Shown in pieces: positions 26,401 through 38,500 of a stretch of DNA of 64,000 nucleotides. The notes under the pieces are model-generated. The model saw only the letters and a program-made list of their open reading frames with translations, did no database searches and was not told the DNA's origin. Numbering within the stretch: the first letter of the stretch is position 1; every line of letters starts with the position of its first letter. The DNA comes from Eledone cirrhosa (lineage: Eukaryota): the NCBI GenBank assembly GCA_964016885.1, contig OZ024750.1, positions 25,606,001 to 25,670,000 on the forward strand, written 5' to 3'. The position numbers and the translations under genes are program-made.

Positions 26401-29400
26401 AAGGGTTAAAGACTGAAATATTTTATGTCATCCTGTAAAGTAATTTCAATAACATAACCTTAATTATCATTTCACCCCCCCCCCCCCCCCCCCACACACA
26501 CACCTATCATCATCATCTTCATCATCATCATACATCCATTGTTTCAAACTTGCAGGAGTTGATTGGCCGAATATTGATATTTCTGTACAGTTGTGGGATG
26601 TGAAGGACTGAAATATTTTGTACCATCCTGTAAAATAATTGTTTTTACTTTAGGCACAAGGCCAGCAAATTTTGTGAGAGGGGAAAGTCAATTAAATCAA
26701 CCCCAGTGCATGACTGCTACTTTATGTTATTATCGATCTTGTAAGGATGAAAGGCAAAGCTAACCTCGGCGGGATTTGAACTCAGAAAGTAAAGTGCCGT
26801 AACTCTATGCTACAAAGCAGGGTGTCCAACGCTCTACAATGCAACCTTAATTATCATTTTCCCATCATCATCATCACCATCATCCTCTGCCCCATCACCA
26901 TCATCACCCCCACCCCATTCCTATCATCATCATCTTCATCATTTTACGTCCGTTGTTCCACTCTTGCATGAGTTTGATTGGAAAAATATTAATATTTCTG
27001 TACAGTTGTGGTATTTCATTTCATTTCATTTGAGTTTGAGTCCATGTTCAGGCCAAATCGAAGACTCCACCCTCAGAGTCTGGTGTGGTTGCCAGGTTGG
27101 ATTCTCTGTTTAATTTTGACATGTGTAGGAGCGAGTTTGAGTCAGTTTGTGCTCGTTGTGTATATCCTGGGAGATGGGGTTCATCTCTAATGGTGCTTAA
27201 GTATCTATCCAGCTGCAATTTGAATGATTCCACACTGCATCCTGATAGATTTCTGACATGTACCGGAATGGAGTTGAATGGTATGTCAAAGACTGAAATA
27301 TTTTGTGTCCCCCTGTAAAGATTGAGCCTCAATAAAAGAATTATTCTCAAGAAATGTTTGAAAGAAATCTCATTATTCTTCAATTCAGGTTGGTGCTTCT
27401 CTGTTTGCCAGTAACATTGGTAGCATTCACTTTATTGGTTTGGCTGGTTCCGGAGCTGCAGCAGGTATAGCTGTTGGAGTTTTTGAAATAAATGTAAGCC
27501 TCTTCTTTTTCTTTTCCTTTTTTTGTGTTTATTATTTTTTTTTAAATATAAATTTCTGACTGTGTTGTTGTTACTATAAACTTTTAGCAGCATGGTGCAT
27601 AAATGTTATTGAGACACGAGTAACATAATAATGATGTCGACAGCAGAAATTAGAGATGAAATGTATGTTTATTTTGGTGTAGCATAAATAATTGTTTCTA
27701 CTTTAGGCACAAGGCCAGCAATTACCCAGTGCATCACTGGTACTTTATTTTATCGACCCCGTAAGGATGAAAGGCAAAGTCAACCTCGGCGGGATTTGAA
27801 CTCAGATCATAAAGGGACGTAACTATGCTGGAAAGCATGGTGTCCGACCCTCTGCTGATACTGCCAATCCACCGCCCTAGTGTAGCATAAATAATGTTTG
27901 TTAACTTATATGGTTGAAGTTACACATAAAATGAGGTTACAAAAGGGAATGTGCCATTGCGCCGGAAAGCCGGCAGGCTAAGGTGCAAAATCTCACCGCC
28001 ACATGTACGTGTTGCTGGTTCGAAGTTCCTGGTGCGAGAGAGAGATTCTTGAAATCTTCGCGGGTAATTTCTCCCTCAGGACGCGTAAGGATACATCCTC
28101 TTCTACTGGCGCTGATTGGCTGAGCTGAGCCAAATCACACACAGAGAATGTATGTGAGCCCGCGGAATGTAGGTCACTACAAACTATTGAAGTTTTTGTT
28201 GTTTTCTGTAAAGACTTCTTTTAATTCCAATTTAGAGTCATTATGTTTCAGTTAGGCTTAGGTAGGCTTCATACAGGTGAGATTAGCTGTAGTTTAGTGT
28301 AGATTAGCTGTAAAAAGTGTCACCTTATTCAGGTAAGTTTAGCTCCTGGTTGGTGTAGATTAGTTATATAAAATGTCATCTTATGCAGGCATGTTTAGCT
28401 GTAGTTTATTGGTGTAGATTAGCTGAATATATGGTCACCTTATACAGGTGAGATTAGCTGTATTTAGGTGAGATTAGCTGTAGTTTAGAGTAGATTAGCT
28501 TTATAAAGTGTCATCTTATACAGGTGAAATTAGCTGTAGTTTGGTGTAGATTAGCTTTATAAAGTGTCATCTTTTACAGGTGAGTTTAGCTGTAGTTTGG
28601 TGGTGTAGATTATCTATATGAAGTGTCATATTATACAGGTGAGATTAGCTGTAGTTGAGAGTAAATTAGCTTTTAAAGTGTCGTCTTTTACAGGTGAGTT
28701 TAGCTGTAGTTTGGTGGTGTAGATTAGCTATATAAAGTGTCATATTATACAGGTGAGACTAGCTGTAGTTGAGAGTAGATTAGCTTTAAAAGTCATCTTT
28801 TACAGGTGAGTTTAGCTGTAGTTTGGTGGTGTAGATTAGCTATATAAAGTGTCATATTATACAGGTGAGACTAGCTGTAGTTGAGAGTAGATTAGCTTTA
28901 AAAGTCATCTTTTACAGGTGAGTTTAGCTGTAGTTTGGTGGTGTAGATTAGCTATATAAAGTGTCATATTATACAGGTGAGTTTAGCTGTTGTTTGGTAG
29001 TGTAGATTAGCTATATGAAATGTCACTTCACAACCATTCAATTTATCAAACTCTTCTTGTATGTGACATAATATTTTTGGTGACTTTTAAAGAAGACAGA
29101 TGACCTTATGTAAAGACACAAGGTCGTAATCTTAACAAAGTTTAATCATTGCATGATTATATTTCTAATGAATAATAAATTGTCTCAGTATTTTACATAA
29201 TTAGTATTTTTCAATGGTTTAGTATGTTGGTATATTATGCTTGTGTTCATCAACTGAAATAACTTATCATTTATATTGTAATGAGATGCTGGTTTAAATA
29301 TGAATTGAAATATGAGCTCATTAGTGTGAGTAGTCACAAACTAACTGGTATTAACCCTTTAGCATTTACATTACCCTATATTTACTATTATATTTTCATG

Positions 29401-32400
29401 GTAAAGACTTTACCTCACATAATTATCTAACATAGTATTGAATCTATGAGATTTTGATATTATTTATTTTGAGAACAATATCTTAAGTATAAACAGCCAG
29501 TTTGAACAGAGAGAAGTGAGACAATTCTGGCTGGATATGGTTGGTTTAAATGCTAAAGGGTTAAATATGGTTGAGGGAAAACACCCCTGAGAGTATTTTA
29601 CATAGTAAATACAAATACAGTAGTGTCTCGTATGTATAATATAATGAGTTTAAAGAAATGTTGATCAGCTGAGAATATCAAAATTAGTAGACAAAACCTC
29701 CCTATAAGGACTGTTTAAAATCTAAAAACAAGACAGAGAAATAACTCTAATAAGATTTTAAGATCTAAAGTCTATCTTAAGCCAGAAGGCTCATTTGGTC
29801 GGTGCTTATCCCAGTTTCATGGCATGAAGCGACTGTGAGTACAAGACTTCCCCTTGGACAGGACGCCAGTCCAACATAGGGTTAAATCTCCAGCTATTGC
29901 TGGTACTCATTTTCAGTTGAGTATACTGGAGCAACGTGAAATGAAGTGTTTTGCTCAAGAACACAATAGGCAACCCAGAAATCTAACCCACAACATTATG
30001 ATCGTAAGTCCAACACCCTTACCACTAGGCCATGTGCCTCCACTCCTAATAAGATTAGTTGATTGAAATTTTTTGAGAAAAATATTTGTTTCTACTTTGG
30101 GCACAAGACCAGCAATTACCCCAGTGCATTACTGGTACTTTATTTTATCGACCCCGTAAGGATGAAAGGCACGTTAACCTCGGCGAAATTTGAACACAGA
30201 ACGTAAAAGGCCATAACTCTATGCTGCAAAGCATGGTGTCTGACACTCTACCAATACTGCCAATCCATATTAAAATGTTATTATATGTATTGATAGACCT
30301 GTAGCTCCTTGTGGAGCCATAGGGGTGCCATTGTGACATACAATATTTTTTGGGTATTTTAAACCTGGCAGAGTCCATCTCTCTCTTGGTATGAACACAG
30401 ATGATTTCTTTCTTCTAGAGAAAGGAAGAGGGAGAGGGAGCATGGGAGAGAAGAAGTGAAAAAGAGATGTAGAGGAAGAATTAATCCCAGTACTGGTCTG
30501 GTACTTTTTTTTTTATTGACCTCAAAAGGATGAAAGGCAAAGTTGACATTCAGGGGATTTAACCCTTTAGCAGCCATATCTGATCAGAATTCTTTCACCT
30601 CTTTCTGTTCAAACTGGCCGCTCATGCTTATACTGATGTTAAGGTATTGTTCTCAAAATAAGTAACATCAAAATCTCGTAGATTCGATATCATGTGAGAT
30701 AATTATGCCGGCCTCCCACGCATATCTGTCGTACATAAAAGGAGAGTAAGATTTGCTGGCCATCATGTCACCTATGAGGATGTGTCCCCATTAGTGCTTT
30801 GGAAACCACAAGCAGTCACTAATAACGGGGGCCGTGAGCTCTCCTATCCCGATGTCATCTCCAGAGATTCTGGTATTGAAATCCAGGATTTGACAACAGC
30901 AATGAACGACAGACCCACACGGAGATCAATTGTTGAGTCGATTTCGGCTGGGACCACTGGATAGATGATGATGATGATGATGATGTAATATAAAGCCTTT
31001 ACCACAAAAATACAATAATATATATTGAATAATGTAAATGCTAAAGGGTTAAACTCAGCACAGAGAACTGTAACAAATACCATGAAGAATTAATGACAAT
31101 TTACTTCAAGTGATATTTAAAAAAATTAAATTCACGAATCTTGGATTAATGACCCATTGAACATTATATCCAGAATTAGTAATATTATATTTTATATAAA
31201 TTTAGGGAAGTAGGTTATCCTAGGGACTTTATGGTTATATGATACCCACAATTACTACTATTATATTTTATATAAATGGGCGGTGGATTGGCAGTATCGG
31301 TGGAGGGTCGGACGCCATGCTTTCCAGCATAGTTACGTCCCTTTACGATCTGAGTTCAACTCCCGCCGAGGTTGACTTTGCCTTTCATCCTTACAGGGTC
31401 GATAAAATAAAGTACCAGTAATGCACTGGGTAATTGCTGGCCTTGTGCCTAAAGTAGAAACAATTATATTTTATATAAATGTATAGAAGTACTTTGTCCT
31501 AGGGACTTTATAGTTGTACTATATTCAGAATTAGTAATATATATAACTAACTAATAGTTTATCGCTCTACATGGCTGAATACATTAAATGTAATCTGAAT
31601 TTTTCAAATATTAATAATTGTTTCTACTTTTGGCACAAGGCCAGCAATTACCCAGTACATTACTGGTACTTTTCAAATATTAATAATAATATTAGATTTG
31701 TTTGCAATTATGCAAACAACCTCTTTAAGCTATGTCAGTAGAATGACCTCCGTCATTCTTGCTCTTGTGTTAGCATGTATACAAGAGCAAGAATGAGAGG
31801 GGGTCATTCTATTAACATGGCTTAAAGAAGCTGTTGGCATAATTGCAAACAAATTGAATATTATTATTAATATAAAAAAAACTCAGATTACATTTATAGT
31901 AATATTATATTTTATATAAATGTATAGAAGTAGGTTGTCCTAGGGATTTTATAGTTGTACTATATCCACAATTAGTAATATTATATTTTATATAAATTTA
32001 GGGAAATAGGTTGTCCTAGAGATTTTTTTAATATCTAGAATTAGTAATATTATCTATATATTACTAAAACTCTGCGATTGCTTCCTTGCTTGTCTGTAAT
32101 GTAATACAGCGAAAAGGGCGCATAATTGGAAAATGCTTTGAAAGGAAGTTGACCCTGAAATGCGAACACAAATGGAATAAAAGAAGTTTCATGTAAATTG
32201 GTGCATGGGTTCCCGAGATACGGGGTTTTTATGGGTACCTTCATAAATAGAGAGAGAGAGAAGGATAGAGAGAAAGAGATAGTGGTTGTGAGAGAGTAGA
32301 TTGAAATATATATATATATAGAGAGAGAGGAGAGAGCTGGTGGTGTTGTTGAATGAAATTATAACCAGTGACTTGAATGAAATGAATACAGCATTACTGT

Positions 32401-32476
32401 ATCCTGCTAAATAGAAAGGGTTTCTAAGTGTATGTGTGTATATGTGTGTGTGTGTGAATATACATATATATATAAA

Positions 32477-32538
<62 letters not shown>

Positions 32539-35500
32539 TGTTAAACAACGTTCATTGAATAAATCAATGAATAAAGTTTCACAATAGATTAGAAGCACTA
32601 CACAGTAATGGTTTTCTGGAGTTATTAATATTAATTCAAAATATTAACAAATATAGACATTCATGTGATCAAGTATATTTTATTATACATATTTCAGAGG
32701 TACTGAGCTATTTTCAACAGTACGTCCTCATCAGATAAAATAAGTTGATGCTTGAAATACCTTGACTATGTTGATGGTTAAAATTCAGTCCCAGTCCCTA
32801 TCATCTCATTTCTACAGCTGAGTGAGCTGGAGCAATGTGAAATAGGGTGTCTTGCTCAAGGAAGCAGCGCATCGCCCGGTCCGGGAATTGAACTCACAAC
32901 CTTTCGATTGCAAGCATATATATAGTGGTTAGAGCATTGGCCTTGCAATCGAAAGGTTGTGAGTTCAATTCTCGGACCGGGTGATGTGTTGTTTCCTTGA
33001 GCAAGACACTTTGTTTCACATTGCTCCAGTTTGCTCAGCTGTGGAAATGAGATGATAGGGACTGGGGTCCATATCATTCCACTGCAAAGTGGTCGTGGAG
33101 GTGCCACGGCAAAAAAGCACCCAGCACTCACTGTAAATGAGGTTGGTGTTAGGAAGGGCATCCAGCTGTAGAAATCAAGCCAAAATCAGTTCCCATCCCA
33201 CCCTTGCAAGCAGGGAAAAAGCGGACGTAAAATGAAATGAAATGAAATGTGTGAGTGTGTCTGTGACCAATGTATATATGTCACAGACCCCCGCATATAT
33301 ATATATATATATGGGCCTTCTAATTTTATTTTACATTATATACATGTTTGTATATTTTGATTATTTAAAAATTATTTTTAAGTGAACGTGACTCAATGGG
33401 TCAGGGGTGGACTAGTATTTTATATAAATGTACAGAAGTAGGTTATCCTAGGGACTTTCTAATTAGGCATTCGAGAATTATCTTATACAGCAAAAAGTTG
33501 TCATGACCTGAGATAAACAAAACAACAACAAAATCCCTTACACATGCATCAAACATAAACTTCTTCAATTAATCATGAGTTTTTGTTGAATTTTAATTGT
33601 ATAGCATTTAGACATCGTGATTGTATAAAATTCTGACGTGACATTGTGGTGGGGAAATATTCTGATGTGACATTGTGGTTGGGAAATATTCTGATGTGAC
33701 ATTGTGGTTATGTAATGTTTAGACATGTAGCATTGTGGTTATATAACATTTAGACATGTGGCGTTGTGGTTTAGCCATGCAGTGTTGTGGTTATGTATTA
33801 TTTAGACATGTGGTGACTTAGCAGTATCGGTAGAGGGTCGGACGCCATGCTTTCCAGCATAGTTACGTCCCTTTACGGTCTGAGTTCAAATCCTGCCGAG
33901 GTTAACTTTGCCTTTCATCCTTACGGGGTCGATAAAATAAAGTACCAGTAATGTACTGGGTCATTTGATGGCCTTGTGCCAATAGTAGAAACAATTATGA
34001 CATGTAACTCTTGTGTAAAATTACAATTATGAAATATTTTGATTATGTAATTGTGTTTTAATATTTATATGTATCCATTTCTAAATATATTTTATATTAT
34101 TCTATATTCAGGCCATGTTTGTCCTCCTTCTGATGGGATATATATTTCTACCCGTTTATATGTCAGCTGGGGTGAGTTCTTGATAAACTTTTCACTGATG
34201 CCCTATTCAAATGTATCCTGAACAAATATTGCATTTATAAATAACCAAATTATTATTTTTTTTTTTATTAACCCTTTAGCATTTACATTACTCTATATTT
34301 ACTATTGTATTTTCTCACATAATATCGTGTAGGTGTCATGACAAAAAGTACCCAGCACACACTGTAAATGTGGTTGGCATACAGAAGGGCATCCAACTGT
34401 AGAAAACTAGCCCCAAAACACCCAGCCCACACTTTAAAGTGGACGTGTAAAAGACGGCAAAAAGTACCCAGCACACATTGTCAATGTGGTTGGCGTTAAG
34501 AAGGGCATCCAGCTGTAGAAAACCAGCCAGAAACTCTCCTATATGAGCGAGACTCGGTCACCTGACCCAACTTACCTCTAATTGGGACAAACCCGTCTAA
34601 CCCATGCTGGCGTAGAAGATAGACGTTAATCAACGATGATGATGAATATAGAATCTATGAGATTTTGATGTTATTTATTTTGAGAACAATACCTTAACAT
34701 CAGTATGAGTGGCCAGTACGGCCAGTTTGAACAGAAAGAGGTGAGAAAATTCTGGCCGGATACTTCTGGTTTAAATGCTAATGGGTTAAGTTTGTTTACT
34801 AGCTAGTGTTAAAAATTTTAGTAAAGAAAATAAAAATCAACAATTTCCTATTTATTCTATTTGAATGAGAAAATTGTCTTGAGGAATTTCTTATCTAAAG
34901 AAATTTCTATCTTGGGAAATTTCAAATTTCTTAAGATAGAAATTATATATTTCTTATCTTGAAAAAAATGTCAAATTTCTATCCTAATGAATAACTAACA
35001 TAAAAAATTTATTCTAAATTGGTATGTAGATTGGCCAAGTTGGTAGGGTGTTGAATTAAATTCCTTCATATTTGTTTTGGCTCTCTGTGTTCTGAGTTCA
35101 AATCCTGGCGAGGATTATTAAAGTACCGCTCCAGAGGAGGGTGGTGGACATGTGGAATTATTAAAATACTGTTCCAGAGGGTGGGGAGTGGAGGTGTGGA
35201 ATTATTAAAGTACCACTCCAGAGGTGGAGGTGTGGAATTATTAAAGTACCACTCCAGAGGTGGAGGTGTGGAATTATTAAAATACCACTCCAGAGGTGGA
35301 GGTGGAAGTGTGGAATTATATCTACTAAAGTCTTGAGCTAACCAAAGTGGAATGTTTGTATTTTCTAAATATTAGAGGTTTTTAATTCAGGTTTGTTTTC
35401 TATAATATTCTACTCCAGATCTGTTTTCTATAATACTCTACTTCCACATCTGTTTTCTATAATATCCCACTTCCAGATCTGTTTTCTCTAATACTCTACT

Positions 35501-38500
35501 TCCACATCTGTTTTCTCTAATACTCTACTTCCATATCTGTTTTCTCTAATATTCTACTTCCATATCTGTTTTCTCTAATATTCTACTTCCATATCTGTTT
35601 TCTCTAATATTCTACTTCCAGATCTGTTTTCTCTAATATTCTACTCCCAGATCTGTTTTCTATGATATTCTACTTCCAGATCTGTTTTCTATAATATCCC
35701 ACTTCCAGATCTGTTTTCTCTAATATTCTACTCCCAGATCTGTTTTCTATAATATTCTACTTCCAGATCTGTTTTCTATAATATCCCACTTCCAGATCTG
35801 TTTTCCCTAATACTCTACTTCCATATCTGTTTTCTATAATATCCCACTTCCAATCTGTTTTCTATAATATTCTACTCCCAGATCTGTTTTCTATAATATT
35901 CTACTTCCAGATCTGTTTTCTATAATATTCTACTCCCAGATCTGTTTTCTATAATATTCTACTTCCAGATCTATACAATGCCTGAATACCTGAAATTACG
36001 TTTTGGTGGTCGTAGGATTCAACTGTGTATGGCCATTCTCTCTATTCTCGTCTACGTGTTTACAAAAATATCTGTAAGTATTTTATTTTCAATACCAAAT
36101 ATTTATTTTTGTATTTAATAATTTCCTAAAAAAAATAAGTTAAACTCTCATAGATTCTATAACTGAATTTTAAACAGAAAATATGCATATATATCATTTC
36201 ATCATCATCATTTCATTTTACGTCCACTTTTCCCTGCTTGCAAGGGTGGGACGGGAACTGATTCTGGCTTGAATTCTACAGCTGGATGCCCTTCCTAACA
36301 CCAACCTCATTTACAGTGAGTGCTGGGTGCTTTTTTACCATGGCGCCTACACGTCCACTTTGCAGTGGAATGATAGGGACCCCAGTCCCTATCATCTCAT
36401 TTCTACAGCTGAGTAAACTGGAGCAATGTGAAATAAAGTGTCTTGCTCAAGGAAACAACACATCACCCGGTCTGAGAATTGAACTCACAACCTTTCGATT
36501 GCAAGGCCAATGCTCTAACCACTAAGCCATGTGCCTCCATATATATATATATATAAAATTTAGAATAAGTTATTTTCAAATACAAAAACAGATAAAGATA
36601 GGTGAAGAAGTTATTGCAGCTTAGAATATGAGATTTATTACAGTAAACTACTCAGAAAGCTACATACAAGATTTACTTGTATGAACTCTATATATATATT
36701 TGCTTTTAAGAAGTTGCCACATATATTTTCTTGGATCCAGTGAAGATATCACTAGAAGTATGGAAAAATTGTCTTAAAGACTGTGGTAATATACTTGTTA
36801 CTAAAGTGGGATAGAACTGGGTTCTGAAGAAATATCTATTTATGTTGAAGAGGTTTATAGGAAATATCAATATTATTGGTTCATTATAATCAATTTCTAC
36901 AAAGAAATATATCAGATATCGAAGTTTGAAAGCCACAACAATGTGAAAGGGACGAATGAATAAATAAACAAGTTGGATGAAACAAGAAGTGTTTTTATCT
37001 TAATTTATTTATATGTCCTGATATTTCGAGATTAAAATCTCTTCTTCCAAGGAAAATAAACAGACTAATCTAGTGTCTGGCGCGGTGCGCTAATTAATTT
37101 GTCTGTTCCGGAGGCTCATGGCTTAGTGGTTAGAGCATTGGCCTTGCAATCGAAAGGTTGTGAGTTCAATTCTCAGACCGGGTGATGTGTTGTTTCCTTG
37201 AGCAAGACACTTTATTTCACATTGCTCCAGTTTACTCAGCTGTAGAAATGAGATGATAGGGACGGGGCTTCCTATCATTCCACTGCAAAGTGGTCGTGCA
37301 GGTGCCACAGCAAAAAAGCACCCAGCACTCACTGTAAATGAGGTTGGTGTTAGGAAGGGCATCCAGCTGTAGAAATCAAGCCAGAATCAGTTCCCGTCCC
37401 ACCCTTGCAAGCAGGGAAAAAGCGGACGTAAAATGAAATGAATGATGATAATGATGATGATGAATGTTCCGCATTGTCATAGCTTTCAAACTTCGAATTC
37501 TTTATACCATATACAATGCTTCAAGTAAACTACAAATTCCTATATCAGAAATGTTTATCTTAATTTAATGAAATAGAGGAGTTTATAAAAATTAAATATT
37601 TGAATATGATATGTTTGTTTTTTTGCCAAAATATATTTAAACGTATAAAATTAAATCAATGTTAATGTTTTTAATTGATGCCACTTATTCTGTTGCTGAG
37701 AATGTTGCCATTCATTTAAATGTATTTTTTTGCAGTAATTATTATTTTTTTTTTTTCATTCTGAAACTGAAATTAAATCTTAGGTTAATTTATGAAGCAT
37801 TGGAGAAGTTTGAAATTTGAGAAGTGATAGCCACAATTCAGACAACTATAAGTAATATTTAATAACTGCAAATACTATTTAAGTATGGTAAAATAACTCT
37901 GGAGATGTTTGTGGACACAGTTTCAAATTTCAAAATTTCTCAATGTTTTATACATTAACCTAATATTTATATTTCTAGCTTGATGCTTAAAACTTTGGTA
38001 CTTGGCAGTCAGATGTGTTTTAGGGAAATGGTTCAATGTGCTTGGCTGGTATATGAAAGATGCATGGTTCAATTCCTATAAGTGTCTCTGTCCACTTTTT
38101 TCCATCTCCAGGGATATTTTGCCTGACCTATTCAACTATTATTTATAGTTATCTGCATGGTGGCTGACATATTTCCAAATTTGAAATACAAATAGTTAAT
38201 GAAAACCTAATATACAGTGTAATTAATTAAGTAAAGAAAAATGTTAAGTATTTCAGTTTTCGATTTATGTTGGTGTCTCATATAATGATTTGTATAGATA
38301 GGCTTGGATATATTTATATATATAGGGGTTAATATATTTGTATAGATAGAGTGGTATATATTTATATAGAGTTGGGTATATATTTATATAGATAGAAGTT
38401 TATATATTTATATAGATAGAGTTGGGTATATTTGTATATAGATAGGGGTATATATATTTGTACAGATAGGGTTGTATATATTTGTATAGATAGGGGTGGT

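Noticed and set aside
28270-29028. Regular 30-60-bp repeat arrays as possible CRISPR arrays
   Set aside because: Units are contiguous with no unique spacers, there are no cas genes, and the context is a eukaryotic intron.
36286-36525. Recurrent 79-aa [18 protein letters not shown]... as a multigene family
   Set aside because: Antisense reading of SINE B copies.
37110-37185. tRNA genes at A/B-box sequences
   Set aside because: These are SINE heads continuing into SINE bodies; no complete cloverleaf or acceptor stem.
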